The position numbers and the translations under genes are program-made. A stretch of DNA of 59,156 bases. Source: a virus. Taxonomy: Duplodnaviria; Caudoviricetes. Of this stretch, positions 41,579 to 50,552 are shown one piece after another. The stretch is taken from the IMG/VR virus record IMGVR_UViG_3300042559_001610, positions 1-59,156 of that record; one strand, written 5' to 3'. How positions within the stretch are numbered: the first letter of the stretch is position 1; each line of letters opens with the position of its first letter. The notes below the pieces were generated by a model. It had not been told where the DNA came from. It saw only the letters and a list, made by a program, of their open reading frames with translations, and did no database searches.

Positions 41579-44500
41579 TTATTTTCTTATCTCCCCTAGC
41601 TTTTGAATTACATCTCCAAAGACTCTAGCCGTTTCGGATCTGTCTACAAATCTGTTATAATCTTTGGGCTTTACGTGAATAGCATAACGATCTGATGCAA
41701 ACACGGAGTTTCCATCAATTCCGGAACTATAATTATCAGGGATTCCAAAATCTTTTGGCCTTTTAAAAGTGTATGCTTGCCCATATGGTATAATGTCCCC
41801 TTTATAGAATAGGAAATCAAAAAGATCCGAAGACATGGCTGGATATTCTTTCCCAGTTATTTCTGTTCCAAATCCAACTCCATTAGGTCCATGTCCAAAT
41901 CCAAAATCTTCTCCAAAGGACCATTTTGTCTTGTGACCTATGTCATGTAGGGTGTCCTGAAGATCTCTAAGTTCTTCTTCTGAGTAGTCTTCAAATACTT
42001 TGATGTGCTTCATTTTTTTAGTTCGTTATAAAATTTCAGAAGAGATTCTGTGTAAGTTTCTTCGTGAGGACCATTTTTAAAAAATTGGTTTGCATAGTTT
42101 GTATTTCCGTCAAAACCATCCCCAGTGATGAGTAGTTCTGGTGATCCCCAGCCTGCGTATGTCGGAATTGTTAAATCAATTTTAACTCCGTTGCTCAGGA
42201 TCAAATGAAGATCTGCAAGAAAGTGAGATCCCATCTCACCATCTACGGAAAGAAGGGCAACGTCACTCTTGTAATTTCTGGCAAATTCTTCTTCTCTATC
42301 TCGTTCCTTTTTATACATTGCATCAGAACGAACATTAAATTTTAAATCGTGATGCCCTATTCCTCTAAGGTCTCCAATTAGATCCCCGAGTTCTTCTTCT
42401 GAGTAGTCTTCAAAAAGTTTAATGTGCTTCATGATTTAAGTTCTGATAAGTATTTTTCAATTTTTAGATATCTTGATTTAGCATTACTCGCATAAAATGC
42501 TATTCTAAATAGGTTTGTTCCAAATAAAGTTATAGCAGCTTTAATTTTTGGATCGGTAAATTGATAATAATTTGCATCTGGATTTGGTTTGGCTATTATC
42601 CCTTTATCCTCTAACTTTTTAATTCCTAATTTAGTGAGATATAAGGGATATCCCTGGCTAGCACCATCATGAAGAGCCGTTCCATATCCAAAATCCCTGC
42701 CCTTTTGAAGGAGTTTGTACTCATGACCAATCCCCTCTAGATCAACTTGGAGTGCCCTAAGTTCTTCGTCTGAGTAGTCTTCAAAAAGTCTAACGTGTTT
42801 CATTTTCTAATAGAAGATAGATAGTCAAAAACCTCCTGAGCAAAATCTTTCTTTATTTTTAGTCTTTCTTCAGTAGAAAGTCTGACGTGGGGTTTTACTT
42901 CAAGAGAATAGTCTCCTTCTGAGGGATCAAAAATACCCTGTTGAAAATAACGATAGACTGAATAGCTTGGGTATTTCAAAGAAAGTCCTACAGAGTCATC
43001 AAAATAAATAGCTCCTGGGGTGTGTGAGTCTCTTTTCATGAGGCCCTTTTTAAGCATATCCTCCACAACTGATTTTTTTATCACCAGATCTTCATATCCT
43101 GTATTTGGTCTTTTCATAAACCACTTCCTTTGCTGCTGTATGTCCTTTCCAAATCCAAAGTCTTCTCCAGGAATAAGCCTGTATGTGTGTCCAATGGTTT
43201 CTAAGTCCCCTAAAAGGCCCTCTATTTCTTCGTCTGAGTAGTCTTCAAATAGTTTGATGTGTTTCATCATATTAGTTTATCATATAGTGAGAGAGCGGAT
43301 AAAATCCATCCTCCTGGATATTCAAACATTTCATCTCCTACGGTTTCTTTGATTTCTTTTCCTCCAGTAAAGATGGTGATGTGTCCTAGATATCTATTAA
43401 AGGAATTATTTCCAGTATTTTTGAATTCAAATTCAAATTTGTCTCCGTTGGATAAATCCAGATTTAGCTGGATATCTTCTGGGTCGTTTTTATTGATTAT
43501 GTGTCCTTCAACTCTAACAACATGAACACCAGGATTTTCTTCAGAAACCCAATTTTCGCATTCATCTTTTTCAACTTTAGGATTTCCCCATGATTTGGAC
43601 AAATCAACATTAAAAATTAGATTGCTGTGACCAACACCTTTAAGATCTCCCATGAGATCTCTAAGCTCTTCTTCTGAGTAGGACTCTTTAAGACCTAGCT
43701 TTGACTTTATTCTTTGCAGAAAGGTTGGGTTTTTACTTCTGGATTTGTTAGCCAAATGACGTTCGTATCTCGTCAGAGCAGCCAAGGTGTGTGGATATTC
43801 CACGATTCCCATGTTATAGTTTTCGTTGTCATATGGGGAGTCGTCTTCATCATCTTCTAAATTGAGTATGGGATTTCCATTGACAGAAAAAGAGACCCCT
43901 TCGTAATTGTCTGTCACTGTTTCGATGACATCACCATTGGAAAGGTTTAGGGCAACAAGAACCTTATTGTCCGGGAGAATTTTGAGAGACCCAGATTTAA
44001 CTTTAATTTCCCCTCCTGGGGTTGGAAAAGACCAGGAATTAACGATGTCCCTCTCTTCTTGTTTATCCTTCTCCTTCATCCCAAATAAATGACCATAGTC
44101 TATATCCATACGAACTTCAGACTGCCCAACAGATCTCAGATCTCCAATGAGGTCCCTAAGTTCTTCATCCGTGTACTCCTCAAATAGTTTAATGTGCTTC
44201 ATCTTCTAAAAATGCTTCTCCTTTAGATTTGATTCCGTCGTAGAGATCAAGACAAGCTCTAACTACACTTCCAGATTCTAATAGCTCCAAATATTTTTCT
44301 TTAACCTCATAGTATCTGTCGTTGAGAGTAAAAGTCCCCTCGTCCTTATTGTCAGATCCTTTGTTTCCAGGCCCAGATTGGTAATAAAAGTAGAGATTAG
44401 CACGGTCACCGTTGGAAAAAACAAAGTCTAGATCAGTAGTTTCCTCGCTGATCTCTCCAGAAACTGATTTCAAGTAGGTACCTGGGCTAGATTTGGATTT

Positions 44501-45374
44501 CCAAAACTCTGCTTGCTTTGCCTCTTCTTCTGCCAATTCTGGATAGTCTATGTGATCTATATCCACCTCGACAACATTATGTCCAATCCCATAAAGGTCC
44601 TTCATCAGAGAATCTAAATCTTCTTCTGAGTACTCCTCAAAAATTCGGATGTGCTTCATTTCATTTAATCTAATATATCAATCGGGCTTCCCTGAAGAGA
44701 TCCATATCCCTTCATTTTTTTTGCTATTTCAACTAGAAAACCCCCTACTTCCTTTTTTCCCTTGAACTTTTTAATTTCCTCTGGACTCATTCCCAGTATT
44801 TTCCCGAGCTTTCCAATAACCGGGTAGAGCATGGCTGGGTTTAACCTGTGAACTTTATTTCCATATCTAGTCCCTATCTTTAGCGGAGATTCTGCAAGTC
44901 CTACTGAGGATAGATCATCTATTAGATCCCCTATCTCTTCTTCTGTGTAGTCTTCGAATAGTTTAATGTGCTTCATTACCTCTTGTTTTTATTGTAGTAG
45001 TCAGACATTTTGAGGTAGAGCTTGTAGAGTGGCTCCTGTTCTATTTTAGAGGTCGACCATCTTTCGTACGTTCCCATTCTCATGGGGCCACTCAGATTGT
45101 ATCTAGCGTGGTCTTCCACTGAGTTTTCATAAAGGTACCAGATCATGTCGTAGTAGTCTCCCTTCGTGTCTATATCAAAGTCTTCTGGGTTGGTGTAGTA
45201 GTCGTATAGGTACTCCGCATAGTCCTCAGCAGACATTCCCCCACCAAATTGGTTTATGAACTTTAGCATGTCCTCTTCTTCTTCAGTCAGAGCATGCCCA
45301 ACCGATCTTAGGTCCCCGATCAGGTCCTTTAGTTCCTCGTCTGAATAGTCTTCAAATAGTTTAATGTGTTTCAT
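41579..45374 (-). CDS. Tandem array of eight MKHIKLFEDYSEEEL..L..DL..IGH proteins (putative capsid-targeted internal proteins)
   Basis: 41579-42013, 42010-42432, 42429-42803, 42800-43270, 43267-44202, 44189-44659, 44665-44976 and 44976-45374 share a ~27 aa N-terminus; the bodies are mostly unrelated. Confidence 0.85.
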
Positions 45375-45385
45375 TTAATAATCTT

Positions 45386-45520
45386 TTATTTAGGCATTTC
45401 TCTCACACAATTCGGAACTACTCTGCCATTCTTCTTTTTGGTTCCAATTTGCTTATATCCCTTCCAGCATGGATTTTTTTCCTCCAGCACAAATTCGTTA
45501 TATTCTCTAAGAAATTTCAT
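45386..45520 (-). CDS. 44-aa PCWKGY-motif phage protein (below the track cutoff)
   Basis: MKFLREYNEFVLEEKNPCWKGYKQIGTKKKNGRVVPNCVREMPK, downstream of GATATATA at 45525-45532. Confidence 0.7.
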   Translation of the reverse strand: MKFLREYNEFVLEEKNPCWKGYKQIGTKKKNGRVVPNCVREMPK

Positions 45521-45544
45521 AATCTATATATCCTTTTATTCCAC

Positions 45545-46045
45545 TTACTTGGCGGAATAAATTTCAACTACAGATCCATCAGATCGAAAAATTCTAACGT
45601 CTGGTGATGTCCAACCATATTCGTCTGCCAAATACTGTGCATAAGACTCTGGAGTTGCAAAGACCACATCCCAATTTCTGTCCTTCCATCCTCCTTTAGA
45701 CGCTGCTACCGATGCTCCGTACTTCTCAGCAACCGAAGCTGCTTCTTTCTCAGTCATTGAACCGTAAGAACGAGGAAAGGACACCTCATGACCGCTGTAC
45801 CATCGGTCTCCGCAGCAAGGACAATCCATTCCCTCGTCTACTCCATTGAAGTAAACACCCATAGACTCGGCTTTAAGTTCTGCTTCTGCTTCGGAAGCAG
45901 CTTCTATTAGAAGTCTATGACAAACTTGAGAATTTGTAACGAAACTTCCACCTGTGTTGTTCTGGCTGAACTCGTAAAATTTTTGTAGTTTAGATTCTTT
46001 GACTGTTGATTTTATTTCTTTCATATTGTTTAAATTCACGTTCAT
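45545..46045 (-). CDS. Conserved phage hypothetical protein
   Basis: QNNTGG...YFNGV...DCPCCGDRW. Confidence 0.7.
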   Translation of the reverse strand: MNVNLNNMKEIKSTVKESKLQKFYEFSQNNTGGSFVTNSQVCHRLLIEAASEAEAELKAESMGVYFNGVDEGMDCPCCGDRWYSGHEVSFPRSYGSMTEKEAASVAEKYGASVAASKGGWKDRNWDVVFATPESYAQYLADEYGWTSPDVRIFRSDGSVVEIYSAK

Positions 46046-46214
46046 AAAAACCGGACCAGTTTCTGAAACGTCTTCCAGTCTTTGTCCGGGGTGTCAATAT
46101 AGGTTATGCCTTGGGCTATTCCCTTGTTTGACTTGAAAACACCTCAGGAGTGAGCAGATCTAACGGTATGCTTCGAGGCAATTTGTTCCTTTGAACTATT
46201 AGAAAAACCAGGTG

Positions 46215-46288
46215 TGTCGAGAACAGGAGTTGAACCTGTGACCTTGAGGTTATGACTCTCACGCTACTACCAACTGAGCTACCTCGAC
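46215..46288 (-). tRNA. tRNA-Met(CAT)
   Basis: Loop GTCATAA. Confidence 0.75.
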
Positions 46289-46350
46289 ATGGAGCCGGCA
46301 CCAGGATTCACTGGTGGATCGCCCGGCATTTATTTCCCAATTAGGGGTCG

Positions 46351-46423
46351 AGCGAGAAACCAGGTACGATCTGGCAACCTCCGACTTGGAAGGACGGCGC
46401 TCTACCAATTGAGCTACTCTCGC
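46351..46423 (-). tRNA. tRNA-Gly(TCC)
   Basis: Loop CTTCCAA, U73, atypical T loop ATCGTAC. Confidence 0.8.
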
Positions 46424-46537
46424 ATGGCGGACAAGCGAGTAATTTAATACTTCCTCTCATCCATAGTCACATCTTAGATTTAACTCCGCTTGTGCTAAGC
46501 TCGGACTGTATACCGGCATTTGTTCTGTTAAGAACCG

Positions 46538-46612
46538 TGGAGCAAGTGATAGGAATCGAACCTACGTCTCAGGCTTGGAAGGCTAGAGTAATAACCACTA
46601 TACGACACTTGC
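46538..46612 (-). tRNA. tRNA-Gly(TCC), second copy
   Basis: Loop CTTCCAA, TCCA end. Confidence 0.85.
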
Positions 46613-46624
46613 TTGTAAAAAATA

Positions 46625-46764
46625 CAGGATTGGGGTTTTTTTCCTGCTCTAACCAACTGAGCTACTCTGAACGATGCCACTTAAGGCTGTGTTCAAAGGA
46701 AGGACTCGAACCTCCGACCCGGGCATTATAAGTGCATTTTTTTAATTTTTGCTGTAACAATCCT
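46625..46764 (-). ncRNA. Y-RNA-like RNA 1 (stem-ACAGCAA scaffold plus permuted tRNA, TAT loop)
   Basis: AGGATTG/CAATCCT closing stem; T arm precedes D arm. Confidence 0.8.
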
Positions 46765-46775
46765 TTAATAAGTTT

Positions 46776-46904
46776 CAGGTTTCAGGTTTTTTGACCAGTG
46801 CGTCTACCAATTTCGCCATCGGGGATTTCTCCCTCTGTGGGGCTCGAACCCACACATCCTTTCGGATATCGGTTTTGATTATTTTTTCTTGCTGTAAGAA
46901 ACCT
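46776..46904 (-). ncRNA. Y-RNA-like RNA 2 (permuted Leu-like tRNA)
   Basis: AGGTTTC/GAAACCT stem, ACAGCAA, variable arm, T arm, GAAA-closed acceptor, Leu-type D arm. Confidence 0.75.
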
Positions 46905-46955
46905 TTTATTATCTTAGATCAGTAAGTGAAAATAGTTTCATTTACTGATCTTTTG

Positions 46956-47031
46956 TCTCCGCGGAGGGCTTCGAACCCCCAGTAATGTCCTCGTCCCAAA
47001 CGAGGCGACTTCCCAATTAGTCTACACGGAG
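46956..47031 (-). tRNA. tRNA-Pro(TGG)
   Basis: CCTCG TTTGGGA CGAGG. Confidence 0.85.
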
Positions 47032-47120
47032 AAATTATGGGTGGGATCAGAGGCCTTCTGCCCACCGGGACCTTCATTTTGAGATTGCTCTCAGGGAACG
47101 AAGACACTTTTTTAAAAATG

Positions 47121-47246
47121 CGGGATCGCATGTTTTTGGCCTGCTGCTCTACCAACTGAGCTACCGGGGATGCCGAAGCATTGTCCCCAGGTGAGACTCG
47201 AACTCACGACCCGCGGGTTGGATTTTTTCGTTGCTGTAACGATCCC
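47121..47246 (-). ncRNA. Y-RNA-like RNA 3 (permuted tRNA)
   Basis: GGGATCG/CGATCCC stem, ACAGCAA, T arm, acceptor closed by a TTCG hairpin, then D arm. Confidence 0.8.
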
Positions 47247-47256
47247 AATAAATTTA

Positions 47257-47314
47257 CAGGATGCTTGTTTTTTCAATTTAAAAGTTTGATTTTTTGATTT
47301 GCTGTATGCATCCT
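47257..47314 (-). ncRNA. Y-RNA-like RNA 4 (scaffold plus Lys-type anticodon stem-loop)
   Basis: AGGATGC..ACAGCAA..TCAAA CTTTTAA ATTGA..GCATCCT. Confidence 0.7.
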
Positions 47315-47324
47315 TTAATAAGTT

Positions 47325-47386
47325 CAGGTTAGTTTTTGATTTTACATCCAATTGTATAATTTTTTTAATTTTGCTGGAACTAACCT
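47325..47386 (-). ncRNA. Y-RNA-like RNA 5 (minimal)
   Basis: AGGTTAG..CCAGCAA..TACA ATTGGA TGTA..CTAACCT. Confidence 0.65.
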
Positions 47387-47393
47387 TTTTTTG

Positions 47394-47467
47394 CAGTTCG
47401 TACGGGATTCGAACCCGTGATCTCCACGATTGACAGTCGGGTATCTTAACCGCTAGACCAACGAACT
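47394..47467 (-). tRNA. tRNA-Asp(GTC)
   Basis: Loop CTGTCAA, G73. Confidence 0.85.
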
Positions 47468-47630
47468 ATGTTTAAAAAAGAAAATAATGAGGGAGTACCC
47501 GTCTCGCTCCAATCTTAATTGCTTCTTCAGTTTTAATGAGGCCTCGGCAAAGGGTGGTGCACTTCTTAAATTCCGTTCCTGGTTTGTCGACAACCGAAAA
47601 ACAGAGAAGGCCATTATTTTCTTTTATCTT

Positions 47631-48539
47631 TTATTGTTTCCAAGATTTTCTTTTGAAACAATTAATTTCATAAAATTCTGGGAGAAATCTTTTCATCCAT
47701 CCATTTATTTTTTGATCTGATAATCCAACTATTTTAGAAGCTTGAGATACCCATCCAAAGGAAGAAAAATCTATGCCTGATGAAATTAATTCTTCTGCAA
47801 TTCTTTGATTCTTTTCGTTGTATTGTATTGCATTTAAAGCTCTCTTATCTACTTTTGGGGTTTTTAATTCTTTGGATCTTATTAATCTTTCTTCTAATTT
47901 TTTAGTTTCGGAATTTGAAAGGAAGGAAATTAAGTCCTCGATTTTAAAGCTCTCTGTCTCGTCATAAGCTATTCTATAAACTCTCCATCCTGATTTTTCT
48001 AAATTATGATCCCTGGTTATGTCATGATCTATTCTTTTTTTATTTATAAAATGACATTTTCCATCAAATTCAACTGCTACTTTTTCATTAATAAAAGCAA
48101 AATCAATAAAATATGGATAAACTGGATGTTGAAAGATAACATCATACTTTGAATAAATCTTATTCTCTTCAAATATATTGTGTAACCATTCCTCTCCGTA
48201 GGTCATTAACCCGTTTGCTACTTTACCCCAAGCCGTTTTTTGGAAATTGTTTTTATCCGAAAGATATTCGAATCTTTTTTTCCTCATTTTTTCCTTAGTT
48301 TCTTCTGAATATACTTTAGTATGACTGAGTGTTTTTAAACATTTTTTATCTCCACAAGTGGAATTAAATTTTATACCTCTTCTTAATTTTCTATTTTTTT
48401 CACAATATGGGCACTTAGGAATTTTCATATTTTCATATTTTTGATAATATTCAAGAAGACTGATTCCATATTTTTTTAAACTTGTCGATAGACCTAATTT
48501 ATTTTTACAAATTGTTCCATCTATTTTAGATATAATCAT
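47631..48539 (-). CDS. Putative homing endonuclease (DUF559/Vsr-like)
   Basis: YFIDFA....VAVEFDG..H......D..RD..LEKSGWRVYRI. Confidence 0.8.
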   Translation of the reverse strand: MIISKIDGTICKNKLGLSTSLKKYGISLLEYYQKYENMKIPKCPYCEKNRKLRRGIKFNSTCGDKKCLKTLSHTKVYSEETKEKMRKKRFEYLSDKNNFQKTAWGKVANGLMTYGEEWLHNIFEENKIYSKYDVIFQHPVYPYFIDFAFINEKVAVEFDGKCHFINKKRIDHDITRDHNLEKSGWRVYRIAYDETESFKIEDLISFLSNSETKKLEERLIRSKELKTPKVDKRALNAIQYNEKNQRIAEELISSGIDFSSFGWVSQASKIVGLSDQKINGWMKRFLPEFYEINCFKRKSWKQ

Positions 48540-48596
48540 AATCTATATATCCAAATTAAGTTCGAATAATTTGTCGTTTTGCCATTTTTTAAGTTG

Positions 48597-48679
48597 TTAT
48601 CCCGTCAGGAGTCGAACCTGAATACAGCTTTCGCTTCCAGAGCCAAAATCTGGGGTGTTGCCAGTTACACTACAGGATA
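48597..48679 (-). tRNA. tRNA-Gln(TTG), long variable arm
   Basis: CCAGA TTTTGGC TCTGG, U1-A72. Confidence 0.8.
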
Positions 48680-48691
48680 ATTTATTTGGGG

Positions 48692-48765
48692 TGGGCCATA
48701 CAGGGCTCGAACCTGTGACCTTGACATTATGAGTGTCCCGCTCTGACCAACTGAGCTAAAGGCCC
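48692..48765 (-). tRNA. tRNA-Ile2/Met(CAT), probably Ile2 reading ATA
   Basis: GGGCC acceptor typical of Ile2, loop CTCATAA. Confidence 0.8.
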
Positions 48766-48810
48766 GATTTTTCTAATATGTCAAATAACTCTTTGTGAAG
48801 TAACATACGG

Positions 48811-48899
48811 TGGCAGAAGATACAGGACTCGAACCTGTACACCGAATTAACGGTGAGCTAGTTAGCAACCAGTTGCAGTACCATTATGCTTAATCTTCT
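48811..48899 (-). tRNA. tRNA-Ser(GCT)
   Basis: Loop TTGCTAA, long arm, GCCA. Confidence 0.85.
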
Positions 48900-48904
48900 A
48901 ATTG

Positions 48905-48980
48905 TGGAGCTAGTGGGAATCAAACCCACCACAGTCTGATTGCAAATCAGACTCGCCGAAGTCTTGGTACATGTAACCCC
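48905..48980 (-). tRNA. tRNA-Ala(TGC)
   Basis: G3:U70, loop TTTGCAA. Confidence 0.85.
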
Positions 48981-48989
48981 ATTTTTATT

Positions 48990-49077
48990 TGGCGGAGAGG
49001 ACAGGATTCGAACCTGCGGTACCTTTCGGTACACATGCTTTCCAAGCATGCTCCTTAAACCACTCGGACACCTCTCC
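48990..49077 (-). tRNA. tRNA-Ser(GGA)
   Basis: Canonical; loop TTGGAAA, GCCA. Confidence 0.95.
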
Positions 49078-49082
49078 AGGTG

Positions 49083-49166
49083 AGCCAGATGTAGGATTCG
49101 AACCTACGGTGTACTTTCGTATCCGGTTTACAAAACCGGCGCTATCGACCTCTAAGCGAATCTGGC
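49083..49166 (-). tRNA. tRNA-Thr(TGT), long variable arm
   Basis: CCGGT TTTGTAA ACCGG. Confidence 0.85.
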
Positions 49167-49239
49167 GTTTTTGACAAGCTTATAACTGGTCCTGTCCAGT
49201 ACTTGTCGTGTATGCCACTTTCCAGGATGAGATCAAAAA

Positions 49240-49413
49240 TTACTTACAGTCTGCACTGTCAGAACAAACTGATGTGCTGTCTGGGCAAACACAAGCAGTG
49301 TCTTTGTTACAAGTGCTGTCGCATTTACTAGCGCAATTGCTAGATTGATTTGATCCGTTAGAGCAAGAGCCCAATGCTAATGCTAAAGTTAAAGCTAAGA
49401 TTAAGTTTTTCAT
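49240..49413 (-). CDS. 57-aa Cys-rich lipoprotein (below the track cutoff)
   Basis: MKNLILALTLALALGSCSNGSNQSSNCASKCDSTCNKDTACVCPDSTSVCSDSADCK; lipobox LGSC. Confidence 0.7.
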   Translation of the reverse strand: MKNLILALTLALALGSCSNGSNQSSNCASKCDSTCNKDTACVCPDSTSVCSDSADCK

Positions 49414-49434
49414 TTTTATTTTTAAGTTGTTTTG

Positions 49435-49506
49435 CTGGGATGGAGAATTTCGAAATCTCGACCTACGGATTAACAGTCCGCCGCTCTGCCTCTGAGCTAC
49501 ATCCCA
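49435..49506 (-). tRNA. tRNA-Asn(GTT)
   Basis: GCGGA CTGTTAA TCCGT. Confidence 0.9.
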
Positions 49507-49516
49507 ATGTAATTTG

Positions 49517-49608
49517 CTGACTAAAAGGGATTCGAACCCTAAACTCCCGCCCTATTGTCTTCCGTTAAGAATATCGTCGGGCAGTGTGCTCCAATACACC
49601 ATAGCCAA
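49517..49608 (-). ncRNA. tRNA-like RNA with expanded anticodon domain
   Basis: D arm GTGT..ACAC, T arm TAGGG TTCGAAT CCCTT. Confidence 0.55.
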
Positions 49609-49657
49609 TCGAGAGTTTCGAACCTCTCAGTTTTAGGTTAATTACTCCTAAAATTTG

Positions 49658-49731
49658 TTGCGGCTCTCAGGATTCGAACCTGGTGTCTCTGGGTTATGAG
49701 CCCAGTATGTAAGCCATTTCACTCAGCCGCA
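49658..49731 (-). tRNA. Initiator tRNA-fMet(CAT)
   Basis: CTGGG CTCATAA CCCAG (three G-C pairs). Confidence 0.85.
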
Positions 49732-49741
49732 ATTTATTTAG

Positions 49742-49848
49742 CCCCTCCAGCTGGATTCGAACCAGCTTACTCGTGGATGAATTCGTCGGGGGATACCGAA
49801 AGGGCGATTCATCCGTCTCTGTGTTTTACCTCATAGAACTACAGAGGG
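49742..49848 (-). ncRNA. tRNA-like RNA with a long hairpin replacing the anticodon arm
   Basis: CCCTCTG/TGGAGGG acceptor, T arm, GGATGAAT/ATTCATCC stem. Confidence 0.6.
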
Positions 49849-49854
49849 ATTTTG

Positions 49855-49965
49855 TACAAAAGGCAGGACTTGCACCTGCATGGTTCGGTTACCCTGTACC
49901 GACCCCTGACGGGGTCACGTCTGTCTATCATCCTTTTTCGAATATGGATGCTTCCGCCACTCTTG
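49855..49965 (-). ncRNA. tRNA-like RNA with D-loop insertion
   Basis: ACAAGAG/CTTTTGT acceptor, GCAGG TGCAAGT CCTGC, GACCCC GTCA GGGGTC. Confidence 0.55.
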
Positions 49966-50102
49966 TATTTTTGGCTTTTCTAATATGTCAAAGAACCAAT
50001 AAAGATTTTTTATTGTCTTTATTGTACCTAAGTATACGGTCTTGTTTCGTAGAACCTAAGAGGAAATTAAAAATTTTTTAATTATTTTTTAATTTCTTTT
50101 TT

Positions 50103-50552
50103 TGGTGGAGCAGGGGGGAATCGAACCCCCGTCTTGTTCAGCTTGTTCAAGGACTCGTTCACATGCTTAGATCAGTTTTTCTAAACTGTCAAAATTTGTC
50201 ACCTGGATTTTTTGACTGATTCCTTGGTGACCGTTTTATCAGCGAACCTTCCGATAGTGTCGATCTGAATGGGTATTGGATTTCTCCTCAAGGTTTCACT
50301 CGGTTTCCACTTGGCGGTACTACAAACCTTTTTCCCGCATGTGAGATTTTCTGTTCCTGGGTAATCTCAAACCCGATGAGAATTAAGCTGCAATAGCTAA
50401 TTCAGCTCCTACTAAAGACATTGCATCTTCAAAGGAGAAAGTTGACTTTTCGCCGTTTACATTTTATATAGGTGATTAAAGAGTTTCCAATACTAACTCT
50501 GCATGCATCATCACGAAAATCAAGAACTGCCAATCGATGCCTGGTCTGCCCC
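50103..50552 (-). ncRNA. ssrA: tmRNA
   Basis: 5' GGGGCAG, 3' T arm plus CTGCTCC-ACCA (G3:U70); tag ORF 50383-50454 ending AIAA*. Confidence 0.92.

Noticed and set aside
47038-47107. Theta/HDV-like or hammerhead ribozyme next to tRNA-Pro
   Set aside because: Could not fit the nested pseudoknot or the CTGANGA/GAAA core by eye; kept only as an unassigned structure.
37616-50081. Short track ORFs overlapping tRNAs (e.g. 37616, 38519, 39420, 39797, 46116, 46492, 46919, 47112, 48858, 48989, 49773)
   Set aside because: They coincide with tRNA or ncRNA genes and are chance open frames.
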